A DNA stretch of 64,000 nt from Octopus sinensis (Eukaryota). Positions within the stretch are counted from its first letter, which is position 1. Each line of letters begins with the position of its first letter. A program made the translations under genes and the position numbers. The stretch spans positions 191,084,001 through 191,148,000 of the forward strand of contig NC_042998.1 of NCBI RefSeq assembly GCF_006345805.1, read 5' to 3'. Shown here one piece after another: positions 42,330-56,275 of the stretch. Under the pieces are notes generated by a model. It worked only from the letters and a program-made list of their open reading frames with translations, searched no databases and was not told where the DNA came from.

Positions 42330-43150
42330 ACTGATTGTCATAAATTTACTCGTTGACAGCTTAGGCGTTCGTCTACAAGCATGCTGTCTCCTCCTTTTGT
42401 CTTTTCTGCCACTAATAGCCCAGAGATGGCTAGGCTAGTGTAATTTCCATTCAGAAATTTCTGACCCACTTTCCACGTTGTCTCCAACCCCCAGAATCCA
42501 TAGTAACTACTAGCCTCAGTTTCTCTTCCCAGATAATGCCACGCTAAAATTCCCGCCCTAATCAAGTCTTTCCTATACGTGGTCACATACTAAAGTTGAA
42601 CAGGAATAGTTACGGTATGAAACTAACTGGTTTAAGAGGGCATGGAAATGTCAGAACCAACTAGGAAGAAATTTGGTTTTTGTACCTAGGACGTATTATA
42701 GAAATATTGAATTGATCAGAGTATTTTATTTTGCTGTTCCCGGTAGATTTAAATGCAAAGCAGGTGTCATTAGGACATTTTTAGTGGTTGATCTATACTT
42801 TGTGGGTCAACCAAAATTGATGAGATGGATATAGTTATGATCCTGTTGAACAATAGAAATTTGACAGCTACAGTGAAAACAACATCAGATGAGAGGAATT
42901 TCCATAAGGGTCACTACATGAGGAGGCGGACCGGATATTTACTGCGAGATCTTGAAAGGTGTCCTGTAGGCACATTACGGGTGACGAGAGGGTGAGTGAA
43001 TTGGTATGACTAGAATATAAGTGGAACTAGACTAGCCGGCACCGTGTTGCATAGGATACTCAAATAGCAGTAGAAAGAGACGAGAGAGGATATAGAATGG
43101 AAAGAGAGGGAATTTGTGATTCAGAAGTTGGTGATCGAGAGCGTAAGGGG
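42330..43150 (-). pseudogene. Possible highly decayed Penelope-like RT C-terminus/GIY-YIG remnant
   Basis: Weak minus-strand motifs only: DHNYIH, IGKT and VGQKFLNGNYTSLAISGLL....GG.....DERL; heavily frameshifted. Confidence 0.3.
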
Positions 43151-44271
43151 CTGAATCTAAATCGATTTTGCCCATTCATCGTTGACATGGTTTATTCATG
43201 TCAGCCAAGGTAAAAGTTATTTTCTAAGGGTCATCTTTTCATCAGTAATAGAGTGTTTATGTGCACATCATGCAATATTTCTGTTTTAAGTTAGGGTTGT
43301 AGGGCGAGATTTGAAATAAATTTTACTGATGTTTCTAGCAAGTTGCTCAACTACCTAAATTTACTACTTTAGTGTAGGTTACATTGGATAAGCGGCTATG
43401 TAATTTGGGGGAAAATTACACTATAAAACCACTAAATAACACTCTATAACTATAATTGCTAAGATTTGCACATTTTGAGTGACAATATGATAAATTATAT
43501 TGAACAAAATACTATATTTTATCGAAACTATTTCGATTCAGAATATGGAGGGAACTAATCAAACACCTCCAGGGAATTTTATTGTTGCTCTACTGACCCC
43601 ACCTTAAAGTATCATTTCTGTCAAGTGATATTTACCACCCTTATAATACTGTATATTTATAAATCTAATGATATGATATTTCAACATTAGTGTTAAGGTG
43701 GACTGTCTTTCATTCCAAAATCGGGTCTGGTTAGAAATTTGCTTCGCTCTGAGATTTACAGGAACTACCAGTCACTTATCCGTTAATTTATTAAGTCGAA
43801 CGTTAATTTGTACAGATCTTTCTAAATTTAAATAATGAAATTAGTAAGTTTGAATTTGTTATTCCGTTGAAGGAAAGGCATATCTCATTTCGGGCCTGTT
43901 CATGTATCTCAGAGAGAACAACCTTGTCTTAGAAAAAATAAAATGTAAATTAATATTATTATATTGGAATAATTTTGCGTCAGGTCAAAGAAACAAATTC
44001 ATTCCAGTTCTTGTGAGACGTTTCCCCATATATATATATATATTGTTATATTTCTGAATGGTCATATTGCCAGTTTAGCCAATAAAAACACACGCACTAT
44101 ATATTTGGTGTTATTTTGCTTCAGTGTTATTTATTTCTTACATTAACCTTAATCTTATGACCATTCCGAAATATAACAATATCTGTTTCAACACACGACT
44201 TCACATAAAAAATCTTGCACAACAATTATTTAAACGTATATATATATATATATTATATATATTATATATAT

Positions 44272-44314
<43 letters not shown>

Positions 44315-45219
44315 TGTACTGGAGGCGAAAATATTGACGTAAAAATATTTAGTAGTAAGTTGACTAGATAGGGAATATTATATCAAATGGTAACATTATT
44401 GTAAATATATTCGATATTCTAAAACAGCAACTATGATGTGTCAGAGAGGGAATCTCGATGTAATTTCTTGACTTGCTAGAAATAGCAGCTTCATCTCTAA
44501 CAACGCCCACTGTTTTGTTTGACACTAAAGTCGAGAAAGGAACGATAGCACCAAAGCCCTTTTACGTTAGGGCTTCCGAAAATGGCGACGGAAAGAGAGG
44601 AAGTTATTCTCAAGCTAGAGGTCTGGTCTGAATGTTTCCAAGAAATGAATCCCACAAAATGCATCCAAAAGATCGGGTGGTGGTGTTAAACTGGCGACGG
44701 TGTTTGGAAACAATGGATACATAAAGACACTGCATAACAACACTGGATATGCTATGCTTGAATAAACTGCGAAATAGATAATCGCGAATGAATTACCTTT
44801 ATTCTTAGGTTTACTCGATTCGGTCATGTCAGCATTGACTGAGTTAAATAAACATTGAGTTGAGTAAGTTAACACAAACATTAATAAATAAAACTAGCAA
44901 ACAAACGCTATTTTTAGAAACAGCAAACAGTATATTTCAGTAGAGACATTTCAAATGAACGATTCTAAAAAAAAAATAAAATGTATTTTTGTGTGTTTTT
45001 TATGATATTCGACATGAAGTTTCAATTTTTATGATATTCAACATGAAGTTTTGTATAGAAGTTGAGTTTATATCCAAGAAGCGTCAGATCTCGCATGCAC
45101 GATTCAGCATTGAAGATACGTTAAATTAGGCGTTTATTAAACACAAATATATCGCAAGTTTAATAAATTGTGAGGACGACTCTCCCACGTTGCAGCACTT
45201 TTATAAAGAGACTATTAAC

Positions 45220-45221
<2 letters not shown>

Positions 45222-45256
<35 letters not shown>

Positions 45257-45411
45257 TAATAATAATAATAATTGTGTACAGTGCTCAGGTGCACTACAAC
45301 TCATCTAAAGTGTATATATAATCAGGTGTAGTTTCGGCGGATTTCGGAAAGCATGAGGGCCTTAAAGGATGCAGTGTCATGGCAGTCAACAACTGACGCA
45401 GGCAGTTTATT
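45222..45411 (-). mobile_element. 5'-truncated CR1/L2-type LINE 3' end with (TTA)n tail
   Basis: Minus strand 45411-45322 reads NKLPASVVDCHDTASFKALMLSEIRRNYT*, a typical (W)N.LP..VV....SFK ORF2 C-terminus, followed by a short UTR and the (TAA)n tract at 45222-45272. Confidence 0.82.
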
Positions 45412-46559
45412 AAATATGAAATCTCTAAATAACCACATAAAGAATCATGTTGTTAGAATGAAATAGAAAACTTACTTACCCGAGATTTGTGGGGGGTCGG
45501 AAGATATAAGTTAAATCTCACAGGTATTTAATCCTGTGGGATGTATGTTTTTTCTGCTTGTGAGCTTTTTTGTTTGTTTAAATTTTACTCAGGCAACCAT
45601 AGTCAGTATTTGATGTGACTGACCTCATGTTACTAAGCATCTATTGTTATGTCAGTCTGGATCTGAATTTTCTCTGGATGTTTAAGATACGAAGCGGTTT
45701 GTAGCAGAAGAAAGATGAATAAAATATCCCAAATTTAAACGTTGTGCTAATGTGAATTCAGTTTATTAGTCTTCACTGGGACGAATCAAAGTCACTTCCA
45801 AATATATCTGGTAATTAATGAACATATTTCATACAGGCAAATATTTGAATATTTAGCAAGCATCGGTCGCTATCCGTCTTGTAAGTTGATCGAACACATT
45901 AAACAACAGATATATCACCACGCTGTAACGATCTACTTCGAATTTCTGATTACATGATGATCAAAGGGGAATGTTACAATAAACTTGGAATAATTAAACT
46001 CTTGTAAGAAAAGTAAGTAATATAGATGTTATATATATAATGTTTCCTCCTGGCCACACTAAGTTATAATAGAAAGCGAATACTCTCTGTCTTGCATGTA
46101 CACATGTTAAAATATTTGTAAATATGAGAGAGGACAACATGCACTTCTATACTGTATGCATATATGTGACTGTGTGGGGCTGGGAAAAGTTGTGAAAGAG
46201 AAGGATTGAGGAGTGTATGAAGGCAGGAAAGTAAAAAAAAATAATAGTTATTTATACGTTTATATTTAAGGAGATTGGAAGAGATGAGTTTAAGGTTTTT
46301 TATAAACAAACTAAATTATGATGAAAAACAACAGTGGAAATTAAAGAAAAGACTGCATATAATATGAAAGAGGGTAAGTGAAGGGTGAAAACTTAGAGAG
46401 GGGTAATGAGATGGAATTATGAAAAAGACTGGACGCGTTCCCACATAAACAACTTTTAATCAGTAGATTTTGATCTTGGTTCTTGATCTGTACTTGTGTA
46501 TATGTGTTTCTGTGTCAGTGCATATGTGTGTTTCAGTGTATGTATATGTATGCATGTAA

Positions 46560-46634
<75 letters not shown>

Positions 46635-46816
46635 ATGTATGTGTGTGTGTGTGTGTGTGTAAGTAAAGGATTAAGCATGCAACAATGTAATGTTGTGAGT
46701 ACACGTTAAATAAAATCATGCAGACATCTATTTTATTTTCGTTAATGAATTTTTAGATTACAAAGGAGATGAATATGTATTTCATCTTGTACATACATAC
46801 ATGCCTACATAGATAC

Positions 46817-46885
<69 letters not shown>

Positions 46886-46900
46886 GCGTGTATGTATACG

Positions 46901-46934
<34 letters not shown>

Positions 46935-46992
46935 TATTATATAATATATATATAGACACATATATACATATATAACACACACACACACATAC

Positions 46993-47025
<33 letters not shown>

Positions 47026-47721
47026 TGCGTGTGTGTGTAATTGTTGACACTAAACCGGTTAGTGAGCGAGATAAAAGTCCATACCGTTTAACATGTCCCT
47101 AAAATGTAAGGGTATCTACATAGATATTTAGATTAAAATAAGAAAATTAAACGTGTACATAAATATAGCATAACTTTCCATCTACATTATAGATAGCAAT
47201 CTGTATATCCAGTTTATATCAAGATTATCAAGATTTTAGTAATTATTAATTTTTTTCGACCTAATTTCTTTTTATTTACTGTTTTAGTAAAAACACATCT
47301 TAATATCTTCAGAATAATGCAAATTCCATTATATATGCTGTTCTTATTTCTGCTGTTTTTTAAACTTCAGTTCAACTCATAGCAAACAGACCATCCCCAT
47401 TTTGGAGAAGCAGGTAGTATCTTATATGACATTCTCGAATGACCCGTTGCCTTAATGCTCGTAGAGTGGAATTTGGCTGCTGTTATTTTTATCAGATTAA
47501 GTGACACCAGCTTCCACTGCAAAGAAAGGTTTTCTTCTTAGCTTTCCATATTTTTTTATCTGGTGGCACAAGTTTTCCACTCACTGGAGTCTTAAGAATT
47601 TTAAATGAAAGTCAACAAACAATATACGTATCTATATATGTGGAGTGTGCTGAAAATATAATTTTACAACAACCTTTGATGGTGAAAAAGGTATACGTGA
47701 TAAAAAAAGGTAGTATCTTAT

Positions 47722-48046
47722 TAAAGACTCCGCCGGTTACGACGACGAGGGTCCCAGCTGATACGATCAACGGAACAGCTTGCTCGTGAAATTAACGTGC
47801 AAATGGCTGAGCATTCCACAGACACGTGTACCCTTAACGTAGTTCTCGGAGATAATCAGCGTGACACAGAGAGTGACAAGGCTGACCCTTTGAAATACAA
47901 GTACAACTCATTTTTGCCAGCTGAGTGGACTGGAGCAACGTGAAATAAAGTGTCTTGCTCAAGGACATAACGCGTCGCCGGGAATCGAACTCACAACCTT
48001 ACGATCATGAGCCGAATGCCCTAACCACTAAGCCACACGCCCTCAC
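47722..48046 (-). mobile_element. Full-length tRNA-derived SINE, 325 bp
   Basis: Minus strand GTGAGGGCGTGTGGCTTAGTGGTTAGGGC (A box), GAGTTCGATTCCC (B box); 11-bp TSD TAGTATCTTAT at 47711-47721 and 48047-48057. Confidence 0.93.
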
Positions 48047-48354
48047 TAGTATCTTATATGACATTCTCGAATGACCCGTTGCCTTAATGCTCGTAGAGTG
48101 GAATTTGGCTGCTGTTATTTTTATCAGATTAAGTGACACCAGCTTCCACTGCAAAGAAAGGTTTTCTTCTTAGCTTTCCATATTTTTTTTATCTGGTGGC
48201 AAAAGTTGTCCACTCACTGGAGTCTTAAGAATTTTAAATGAAAGTCAACAAACAATATACGTATCTATATATGTGGAGTGTGTTGAAAATATAATTTTAC
48301 AACAACCTTTGATGGTGAAAAAGGTATACGTGATAAAAAAAGGTAGTATCTTAT

Positions 48355-48679
48355 TAAAGACTCCGCCGGTTACGACGACGAGGGTCCCAGCTGATACGAT
48401 CAACGGAACAGCTTGCTCGTGAAATTAACGTGCAAATGGCTGAGCATTCCACAGACACGTGTACCCTTAACGTAGTTCTCGGGGATAATCAGCGTGACAC
48501 AGAGAGTGACAAGGCTGACCCTTTGAAATACAAGTACAACTCATTTTTGCCAGCTGAGTGGACTGGAGCAACGTGAAATAAAGTGTCTTGCTCAAGGACA
48601 TAACGCGTCGCCGGGAATCGAACTCACAACCTTACGATCATGAGCCGAATGCCCTAACCACTAAGCCACACGCCCTCAC
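48355..48679 (-). mobile_element. Duplicate of the 47722-48046 SINE
   Basis: I found one substitution (CTCGGAGAT vs CTCGGGGAT); same 11-bp TSD. Confidence 0.93.
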
Positions 48680-50974
48680 TAGTATCTTATATGACATTCT
48701 CGAATGACCCGTTGCCTTAATGCTCGTAGAGTGGAATTTGGCTGCTGTTATTTTTATCAGATTAAGTGACACCAGCTTCCACTGCAAAGAAAGGTTTTCT
48801 TCTTAGCTCTCCATATTTTTTTTTCTGGTGGCACAAGTTTTCCACTCACTGGAGTCTTAAGAATTTTAAATGAAAGTCAACAAACAATATACATATCTAT
48901 TTGGTGGTGAGAAAGGTATAAGTGATAAAAAAAGTGTAATATAGAGATGTTATTAAAATTCTTTCTAAGAAGCCAAACTCTGTATAAAAGTAAACTATTG
49001 ATCACTTGTCGTGTTATTGTACCGTGTCCCTGTTAATGATTGCTATAGTTGCTATTGTACGAATTTTAGTCACTGAGTGAAATAATATTGACTCAATCGA
49101 AGGGAAACCATGGGAATAAAAATAAAAGCATGAACCATATTTTGTAAGATTAAACCGAAACCAATAACCATTTTTAAAGACAGAGAAAAACAACTTCAAA
49201 AGAAACATGGAGCCCGTTTTTGTGCTAATAATTAAATCCTTTGTCGAGTCTGCTGCTAAAATAATTATTTATCAATTTTTTGTTGCAGCTTTGGACTGAT
49301 TCCAATAAAAAACACAACCAAAAATGCTATGATCCCACATTCACTTCCACTTGATTGAGTTGCAACATTCTAAATAATAGGCACTGAAAGACGATCTAAA
49401 TGCTGGGAGGCATGTATCTAGCTTCAATGATGAAGTCAGATACAATGCTTGATCGAAATGTGTGAATGTACTTGGCATGTATGTATTAGTTTTCGAAACA
49501 GGTCATCATAGAAAATAAATCAATTTTTTGTAAGCTTTTAGACATTAAACCCAAATTATGAAATATTCTTTATAATATTCTAGCGAATGGAAATAATATA
49601 AAACGCAAAGAGTTGCGTGTAATACAAACATGGTATCAATGTTCACTATACATGGACATTATATTGGTGCGCCATTTCCCTACTTCACCAAGCAATGTAT
49701 GAGACTTAAAATATAATGCCAGACAGTACTTTCCCGCTTCTAGATTCGACAAAATAAATATTATTGTTTAGCTTTAGATAACATCGGAACCTTCTAGATC
49801 AATGTTTAAAGTCACTCAGTGCTTTATGACCATCCAGTCTTTCATTTCAGAAATAATTTATCTTTGCTCTCTTATCCAGTCAGTACCATTTTGCTAAGGT
49901 TTAGTATGTTATTTGCGGAGATTTAAATGATATTTCTCGCTGGTCTACCTACCAACTTAAGGCTTCTTTTTTGGTCTATAGTATATATCAAGTACGTATA
50001 ACACTTATAATCATAAGTACGTATATTAAGTATGTATAATACGTATAATAATTATATTAAGTATGTATAATACGTATACTCACTAAATTGTGGTGTGAAT
50101 TATTCAATTAGAGGGAATTCAGTTGAGCAAACGCAGGGCATAAGCTCTGCTCCAATGTTTCAGTATAGAATAAATAATTTCTTGTAATATAACCTTGTCA
50201 TGTCCTCACCTGCACCACTCTGCAGTTACTATACTTTGGGTGATGGGTTAGTGGAAGTATAGTTAATCGGACAAAATATCTTGTGGTAATTTACTTCTGT
50301 TAACGTTTCCAGTTCGAATTCTACTGCGGTTAGAATTGCTCGACAAGTTAAATTTTTGTTATGACCTTTCATGTACTGTGTAGAAAACTCGCCGATGTCA
50401 ATTTGGCTTTCATTCTTGTAGACCCGATAACAGATCCAATTAAATACTGGGAACAATACAATCGGCTGTCCAGTGTCTCTTTTGTTTTGTTTTTTGTTTG
50501 TTTGAGACAGAAGAATGTAATTAGCTTTCTGTCTGTATATGTTCCGTGTTTCTCAGTTAGAATGAAGTCCTCGAGTACTTTTAAATTAAAAAAAAATTTC
50601 GAGCAGTAGGACATGAAACTATAGTGGATATATATACGTTCATTCAAATTGGTCTTTTGAATGTCATCAATAGCACATCTATGCTAGAATGTGTAATACA
50701 TGTGTGTGCATATATATATATAACAGAAAAAATTATTGCGTCTAACGGGAATGTGTCTCTTGTGGTCAAAAGAAAAAAAAGAACACACTTTTTTGATGAT
50801 CAAACATTGTTAGAAAAGTGGAGCTTGTCCAACAAATCCAGGCATTATCAACGAGAATATCTATATATATATATATAATATAGTATATAACATATATATG
50901 TAATATGATATATATATAAAATTAAAATTAAAATTTATCTAATATAGTGGCATTTTCAAACTTCTTTTTTACAA

Positions 50975-51014
<40 letters not shown>

Positions 51015-51575
51015 ATTAGTACTTGAGTGAGCTTGGGTGTGAGGATTTCTTTGTGCATGTGTCTGTATCTTTGTTGTGCCTTTGTAGAATTGTGAGGAAA
51101 AGTCTTCCCGTTTTGGTCGAGCAAATTCCGATGCACAGCAATAGCAGTCCTGCTATATATTCCATAACAAATCTGTGATTTTAAAGCTAGAAAAGCATAT
51201 ATTCCCTTACTCAAAGCGGGAATCCATATCAAAAATTCCGATTTATATCTATTTCAAAACACATTACTTTTGATTGTATAAAATACCAATTTTTTTAGGA
51301 ATATAATAAATGGGTAATATCCTCAAAATCTTTTAGATCAACCATGCGTGATATCGTTGAATCTGTTGGATCAACCAGAAAAAATAAAATAAAATAAAAT
51401 AAAATAAAACCAGAAAAACATTTTAATCTATCCATAATAATTTTAATCTCTGCTGTAAGGGTGTAATGAAAAATTGTTTCCGATGTTCTTGGCTACGTTT
51501 GGAATCGAGAGAGGTATGTATAAAATCATTAGATAATAAGGATAATATATACATAAATACATACATATACATTTA

Positions 51576-51663
<88 letters not shown>

Positions 51664-51665
51664 CG

Positions 51666-51765
51666 TTATTTAAAGCAGCTGAAAATTCAAAAGAAAATTT
51701 ACTCTGAGCTTCCCGTTGCAACTCAGAGTAACAGGTTTTGTTGAATTTTCTGCTGCTTTAAATAA
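51666..51765. repeat. 100-bp imperfect hairpin adjacent to (TA)n
   Basis: TTATTTAAAGCAGC..GAAAATTCAA...TTACTCTGAG pairs with CTCAGAGTAA...TTGAATTTTC.GCTGCTTTAAATAA. Confidence 0.85.
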
Positions 51766-51857
51766 AGCATATTACTCTACCACTGGTATTTGAGTACTCA
51801 TTTTTCCACCTTGTTTCACATTTATGTGTTTACTCCGGTATATATATATATATATAT

Positions 51858-51925
<68 letters not shown>

Positions 51926-52164
51926 TGTGTGTGTATGTAACTAAACACTTTTCTTATACTGTTTCTATTCAGTAGATCATCTAGATGTCTTTATTGTTAA
52001 GTATTGCAAATAAAGTCTGGTGGTGATGGTTTTAAGTCAATTTACTGAAAGTTTGATGTTTCTCTCTATTTTATCTATCACAATGTATTGATGAGACTCA
52101 TTCCTCTCGATTATTGGCACACTGAACTCTCCTCTCTCTCTCTCTCTCTCTCACGCACACAGAC

Positions 52165-52225
<61 letters not shown>

Positions 52226-53427
52226 TACATATATATACATATATGTATATATATTTGTGTGTATGTATATATATGTGTGTGTGTGTTTGTTTGTGTGTTT
52301 GCCTCTTTGTATATGTACCTTTGTAAAGATTCATGTACGTACATCTGTAACGATTACACTATATGTATATAACAGTGTGCAAATTTGAACAGTTGCCTAT
52401 CTATTAAAACAACTTTACACCCATGTCTGAATGTAAATCAAGAATTAAAATGATTTTGTTTCAAAAGATTTTTTCTATTAAATAAAATTTCTGAATGAAT
52501 GCCAGATACTTAGTCAACCTGAAACATGTTTTTCAAGAAGAACTCGGAAAATACATATTAACATTATAGACAAAAATGGGCGCTGAACATGTCATGCGCG
52601 ACATTTTGTTTGAAGTAAAAAATCGTCCTGTGTTCAGTCATTGTTCCGGAATGATATTGAAAGAGGTATACAGGTTTAGCAAGATAAATTTATGTATTTT
52701 AAAGCACTGTATTGTAACAACAAAATGTTCAAATAATGGGGAGATAAAAATAGTGATCTGCTTTCTGCTGAATACATTTAGTACAATGGACGGAAGACCT
52801 ACAACTAAATTTTACGGAACATATTTCTGTTCTTCAGTGTTAAACACGTCATATCATGATTTGAAATACATACGTATAGCTCCACGACTATGGAATGCTT
52901 TGAGGTTACATACAAAAATGTGTTCTATGAAAGAGAGAAAAATATAATTAACATGCATCTACTAGGAAGGGAGTCAATAAGGAAGCTCTTTATAGCCGTT
53001 TGACCAGCGAGAAATAGCGGCCATATCTAACATAAATCATATTTTACCTCCTTAAATAGTGGAAGGACTATTGACCAAATTAGTTTTACAGGGTAATTCA
53101 CAAGTTTCTTTAGAATTTACATGATATACTTGTTTTTATACATCATCAAATTTTGTTTACTATTCTCATTTTCATTTACTTTACATTAAACTTTAATCTG
53201 ACACGTGTTTCTGCTGCATAAGTTTCTTAACAACATTTCTGTTTGTTCTTGTCCGCTATCGTCGCTTGATGACCGGTCTTGGCTTGTTTCCGTCCCCGTG
53301 AATTGGTGTTTGAATACAAAAGACCGATAGAATAAGTACTAGGCGTGAAAAACCACCGCCAACACATAAGTACTGAAACATGATAATATATATATATAGA
53401 ATATATTATATTATATATATATATATA

Positions 53428-53560
53428 GGGAGAGTTCGAAAAAAAAAAAAGACGAAGACAACTGATGTATATATAACGCTCAGGAATAGAAAAAAGTCTT
53501 TTACGTTTCGAGCCTACGCTTTCTACAGAAAGGGAACAGAAAAAACAAGGAGAGAAAAAA
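53428..53560 (-). mobile_element. Family A repeat copy 4 with hammerhead-like motif at 53497-53532
   Basis: Minus strand CTTT-CTGTAGA-AAGC-gtag-GCTC-GAAACGTA-AAAG; abuts (TA)n at the same end as copy 1. Confidence 0.75.
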
Positions 53561-53903
53561 TATATTATATACTTGTTTTTGTGTGTATGCTTTCGTGAAT
53601 GTATGTGCGTGCACGCGTCTGTATGTGAGTAGAAGTCTCTATTAAAGACATGAGAGCGGATTCATTGTCTTAAAATGAGACGCAGCACAATTATGATCCA
53701 GTTCAGTTGTCTTCTTATATGTAAGTCAACTGCCAAAAATGGTTTGAGGTGCTGGTACATGATTCCATCTTGGAATCCCTAAGTTATTGGCTACTAAGGG
53801 TTGGGTAGTCAGTTAATGACTCAGTTAATGGGTGAAGTTTATGGTGAGAAAGTGTGTTTTGTGAGGCAGAGACAGAAAGACGATGAGACATTATGTACAT
53901 TAC

Positions 53904-53973
53904 GTATCTTAACTGATCCCTTTTGTGAGCCAGTTTCTTTAATTCCGAAGGGACTTTTTCAGTAACCGTGTAG
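53904..53973 (-). CDS. Candidate isolated 70-nt coding exon, product unknown
   Basis: CCCGCTTTCTTTCTGATATTCTATAG|...AAGATAC|GTAATG; a single open frame, YTVTEKVPSELKKLAHKRDQLRY. Protein not recognised. Confidence 0.25.
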
Positions 53974-54969
53974 CTATAGAATATCAGAAAGAAAGCGGGA
54001 ATATATGTTGGAATGAACCTCCCGGTAAGAGCTGACCTGTGGATAATACCAACAACAATTACATCTGGTACAATAACACTATTTACCATTATGTATTATG
54101 TCGCCCCTAGCAACATCTGAACTCAGAGTGTTAGATACCGTAACTATATGCGGGCTGTTATTTCATTCAATGCTGTTCTACCGAATTTGTTAATCCACCA
54201 CCGTAATATTGCTAAATATTAAATTTAAAAATATAACATTATTAACAATAAATTGAAAATTAAAATAAAATGTGATGTGTGCGTAGCAAGTAGACTTACA
54301 GTCATGAAGAGAAAAAAAAATCAATGGAATATAAGATATGTTATTACTGGCGAGTTTAAGTTATGTAAGAAAGCGTATTTCAGTTTCAGTATAACACATA
54401 TGACACACTGAAACACGCACATTTATCAACTTTTAAATAATGTAACAGCTAATGATTTCTTACGTTGGCACCAGTCTATGAATATGTAGGGGAGGTGTAA
54501 AGAAAAATGACTCGACTTCACTATAGAACGGCTTTCATTTACATAGGAGACATACTGTATATGTAAATATGCATGTATTTGTCAATGCAAGTATTAATGA
54601 ATGTATATATCAATATATATATATATATATATATATGGGGGGGGGTGCGTGTGCGTGTGTGCGTGCGTGTGTATGTATACTTGTACAAAACACACGTACA
54701 CACGCACGTATAATATGTGTGTATTTATGATGCTGTGTTCTTTACAAATACCAGAAAAGTATTCAATACACGGTATAGTTCTTTAGTCGTTCCGAATCAG
54801 TTGATGATACACTCTTTTACTACGCAGTTTCGCCTCATGTTTGCTCATTCAGGTAACGAGGGAATGAAATATATTGAACTGATAACATTTTGCATTGCTG
54901 AGATTCCAGATAAGCCAAATCTAAATGGACGAAAATGTGAAGAAGTAGTTTCTATCGATGACTTGTGTG

Positions 54970-55045
<76 letters not shown>

Positions 55046-55395
55046 ACTGTCTGTCTCTCTAGGTGGGTAGCTGGCTAGCTACCTATCTGTCTCTTTCTCT
55101 CTTTATGACTTCATGTATACATATACAAATACACATACATACGTACATACATACATACACACACGCGCGCGCGCACACACACGTATGCAATTATAAACAG
55201 ATTGGTCGAATAATTTTTTTATCACCATCTGCTTTTCTTCTTTTAACTGGATATACATTATATGCGTAATATAGGTATATAATATATACCTATACTTTTA
55301 AGGGAATTTTATTCCTCAACAATACTAGGTATTGCACCGGTATTTCCTTCAATGCAACCATCCTTTCACGAGCTTAACATATCCTCCTCTATTAA

Positions 55396-55435
<40 letters not shown>

Positions 55436-55538
55436 TACACAGACACATAACAAAAAATAAACATATAATATATAATTTATAACAAAAATATAAACATATA
55501 TATATATATACTTATATATATATACATGAGCATATATA

Positions 55539-56177
55539 CGTGAACTGATCTTGAAGGAGCTTCACCGTACAATTGACAAACTTGTTGATATGGTTGGTGC
55601 GTCCTGGAGATCCTTGAGCGAGTAATTGCGAATGAAAAGAGCTGCAGCAAAATTTGTGTCACGCTTGCTCACGGAATACCAGAAGCAGTCACGACTGGAT
55701 GCCTACCGTGAACTGTTCCAAATCTTTTTTCGAAAGTCGTTAACGGTGACGAAATCTGGTGTTACAGAATTTGCAGATGTGGAAGAGGTGAAGGAAAAAA
55801 CGATGGAGGCGTTAAAAGGCATCATTTTGCAAGAGTTCCAGCACTGCTTTGAATAGTGGAAGACGTGCCTGGATCGATGCGTTGCTTCAAATGGCGAATA
55901 CTTTGAAGGCGATGAATGTGTAAACATGAAAAACTAAATGAATAAAATAATAGAGTAAAGATTATTTGCCAACATACCATGGTAGTCCTGGTTTACGACG
56001 AATGTTACTGTAGATTACAGCAACATTTGTCCTGAACCAGGACTGCCAAGGTATCTTGGCAAATAGTCTTTACTTCAAAGTACGATGGGTGAATATCTTT
56101 CGCTGTGAGATTTAGAAGAGTAATTTTCTGAATAAAATAATATTGCAAAATTCCGGTTTCTTTGGGGTGACCCCTCG
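55539..56177 (+). pseudogene. Internally deleted, 5'-truncated mariner transposon with 3' terminus
   Basis: MRMKRAAAKFVSRLLT, KVVNGDEIWCY (first catalytic Asp motif), then a jump to FADVEEVKEKTMEALKGI..QEFQHCFE*WKTCLDRCVASNGEYFEGD; 3' end ...GGGGTGACCCCTCG followed by TA (56178-79). Confidence 0.9.
55953..56128. mobile_element. 176-bp insertion (121-bp hairpin plus about 55-bp tail) inside the mariner 3' UTR
   Basis: 14-bp direct repeat TGAATAAAATAATA at 55939-55952 and 56129-56142; hairpin spans 55954-56074. Confidence 0.75.
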
Positions 56178-56275
56178 TATATGTTGACGCACCGCAGATA
56201 TAGCTGATGCAATAACATTAAAAATGTATATATATACACACACATATATATATATATATAAATATATATATATAT

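Larger units (their letters stand above)
47413..48933 (+). repeat. Tandem array, period 632-633 bp: three copies of a 296-bp unit separated by two SINE copies
   Basis: Unit starts TAGTATCTTATATGACATTCTC at 47415, 48047 and 48680; the third copy lacks 40 bp. Confidence 0.95.

Noticed and set aside
47960-48046. tRNA-like sequences with A and B boxes (also about 30690-30764, 56510-56588, 62440-62523)
   Set aside because: They are SINE heads followed by repeat bodies and TSDs, without a clean cloverleaf; not called as tRNA genes.
47413-48933. Repeat-spacer-like periodicity (CRISPR-like array)
   Set aside because: The units are hundreds of bp long, the inserts are identical SINE copies, the context is eukaryotic and no cas genes are present.
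50229-50609. Overlapping protein-like ORFs on both strands with partial splice signals
   Set aside because: No consistent acceptor-donor pair in an open frame and no recognised domain.
52576-52947. 123-aa ORF containing APRLWNAL (LINE ORF2 C-terminus-like)
   Set aside because: Only one short motif, with no other RT features or tail; insufficient to call.
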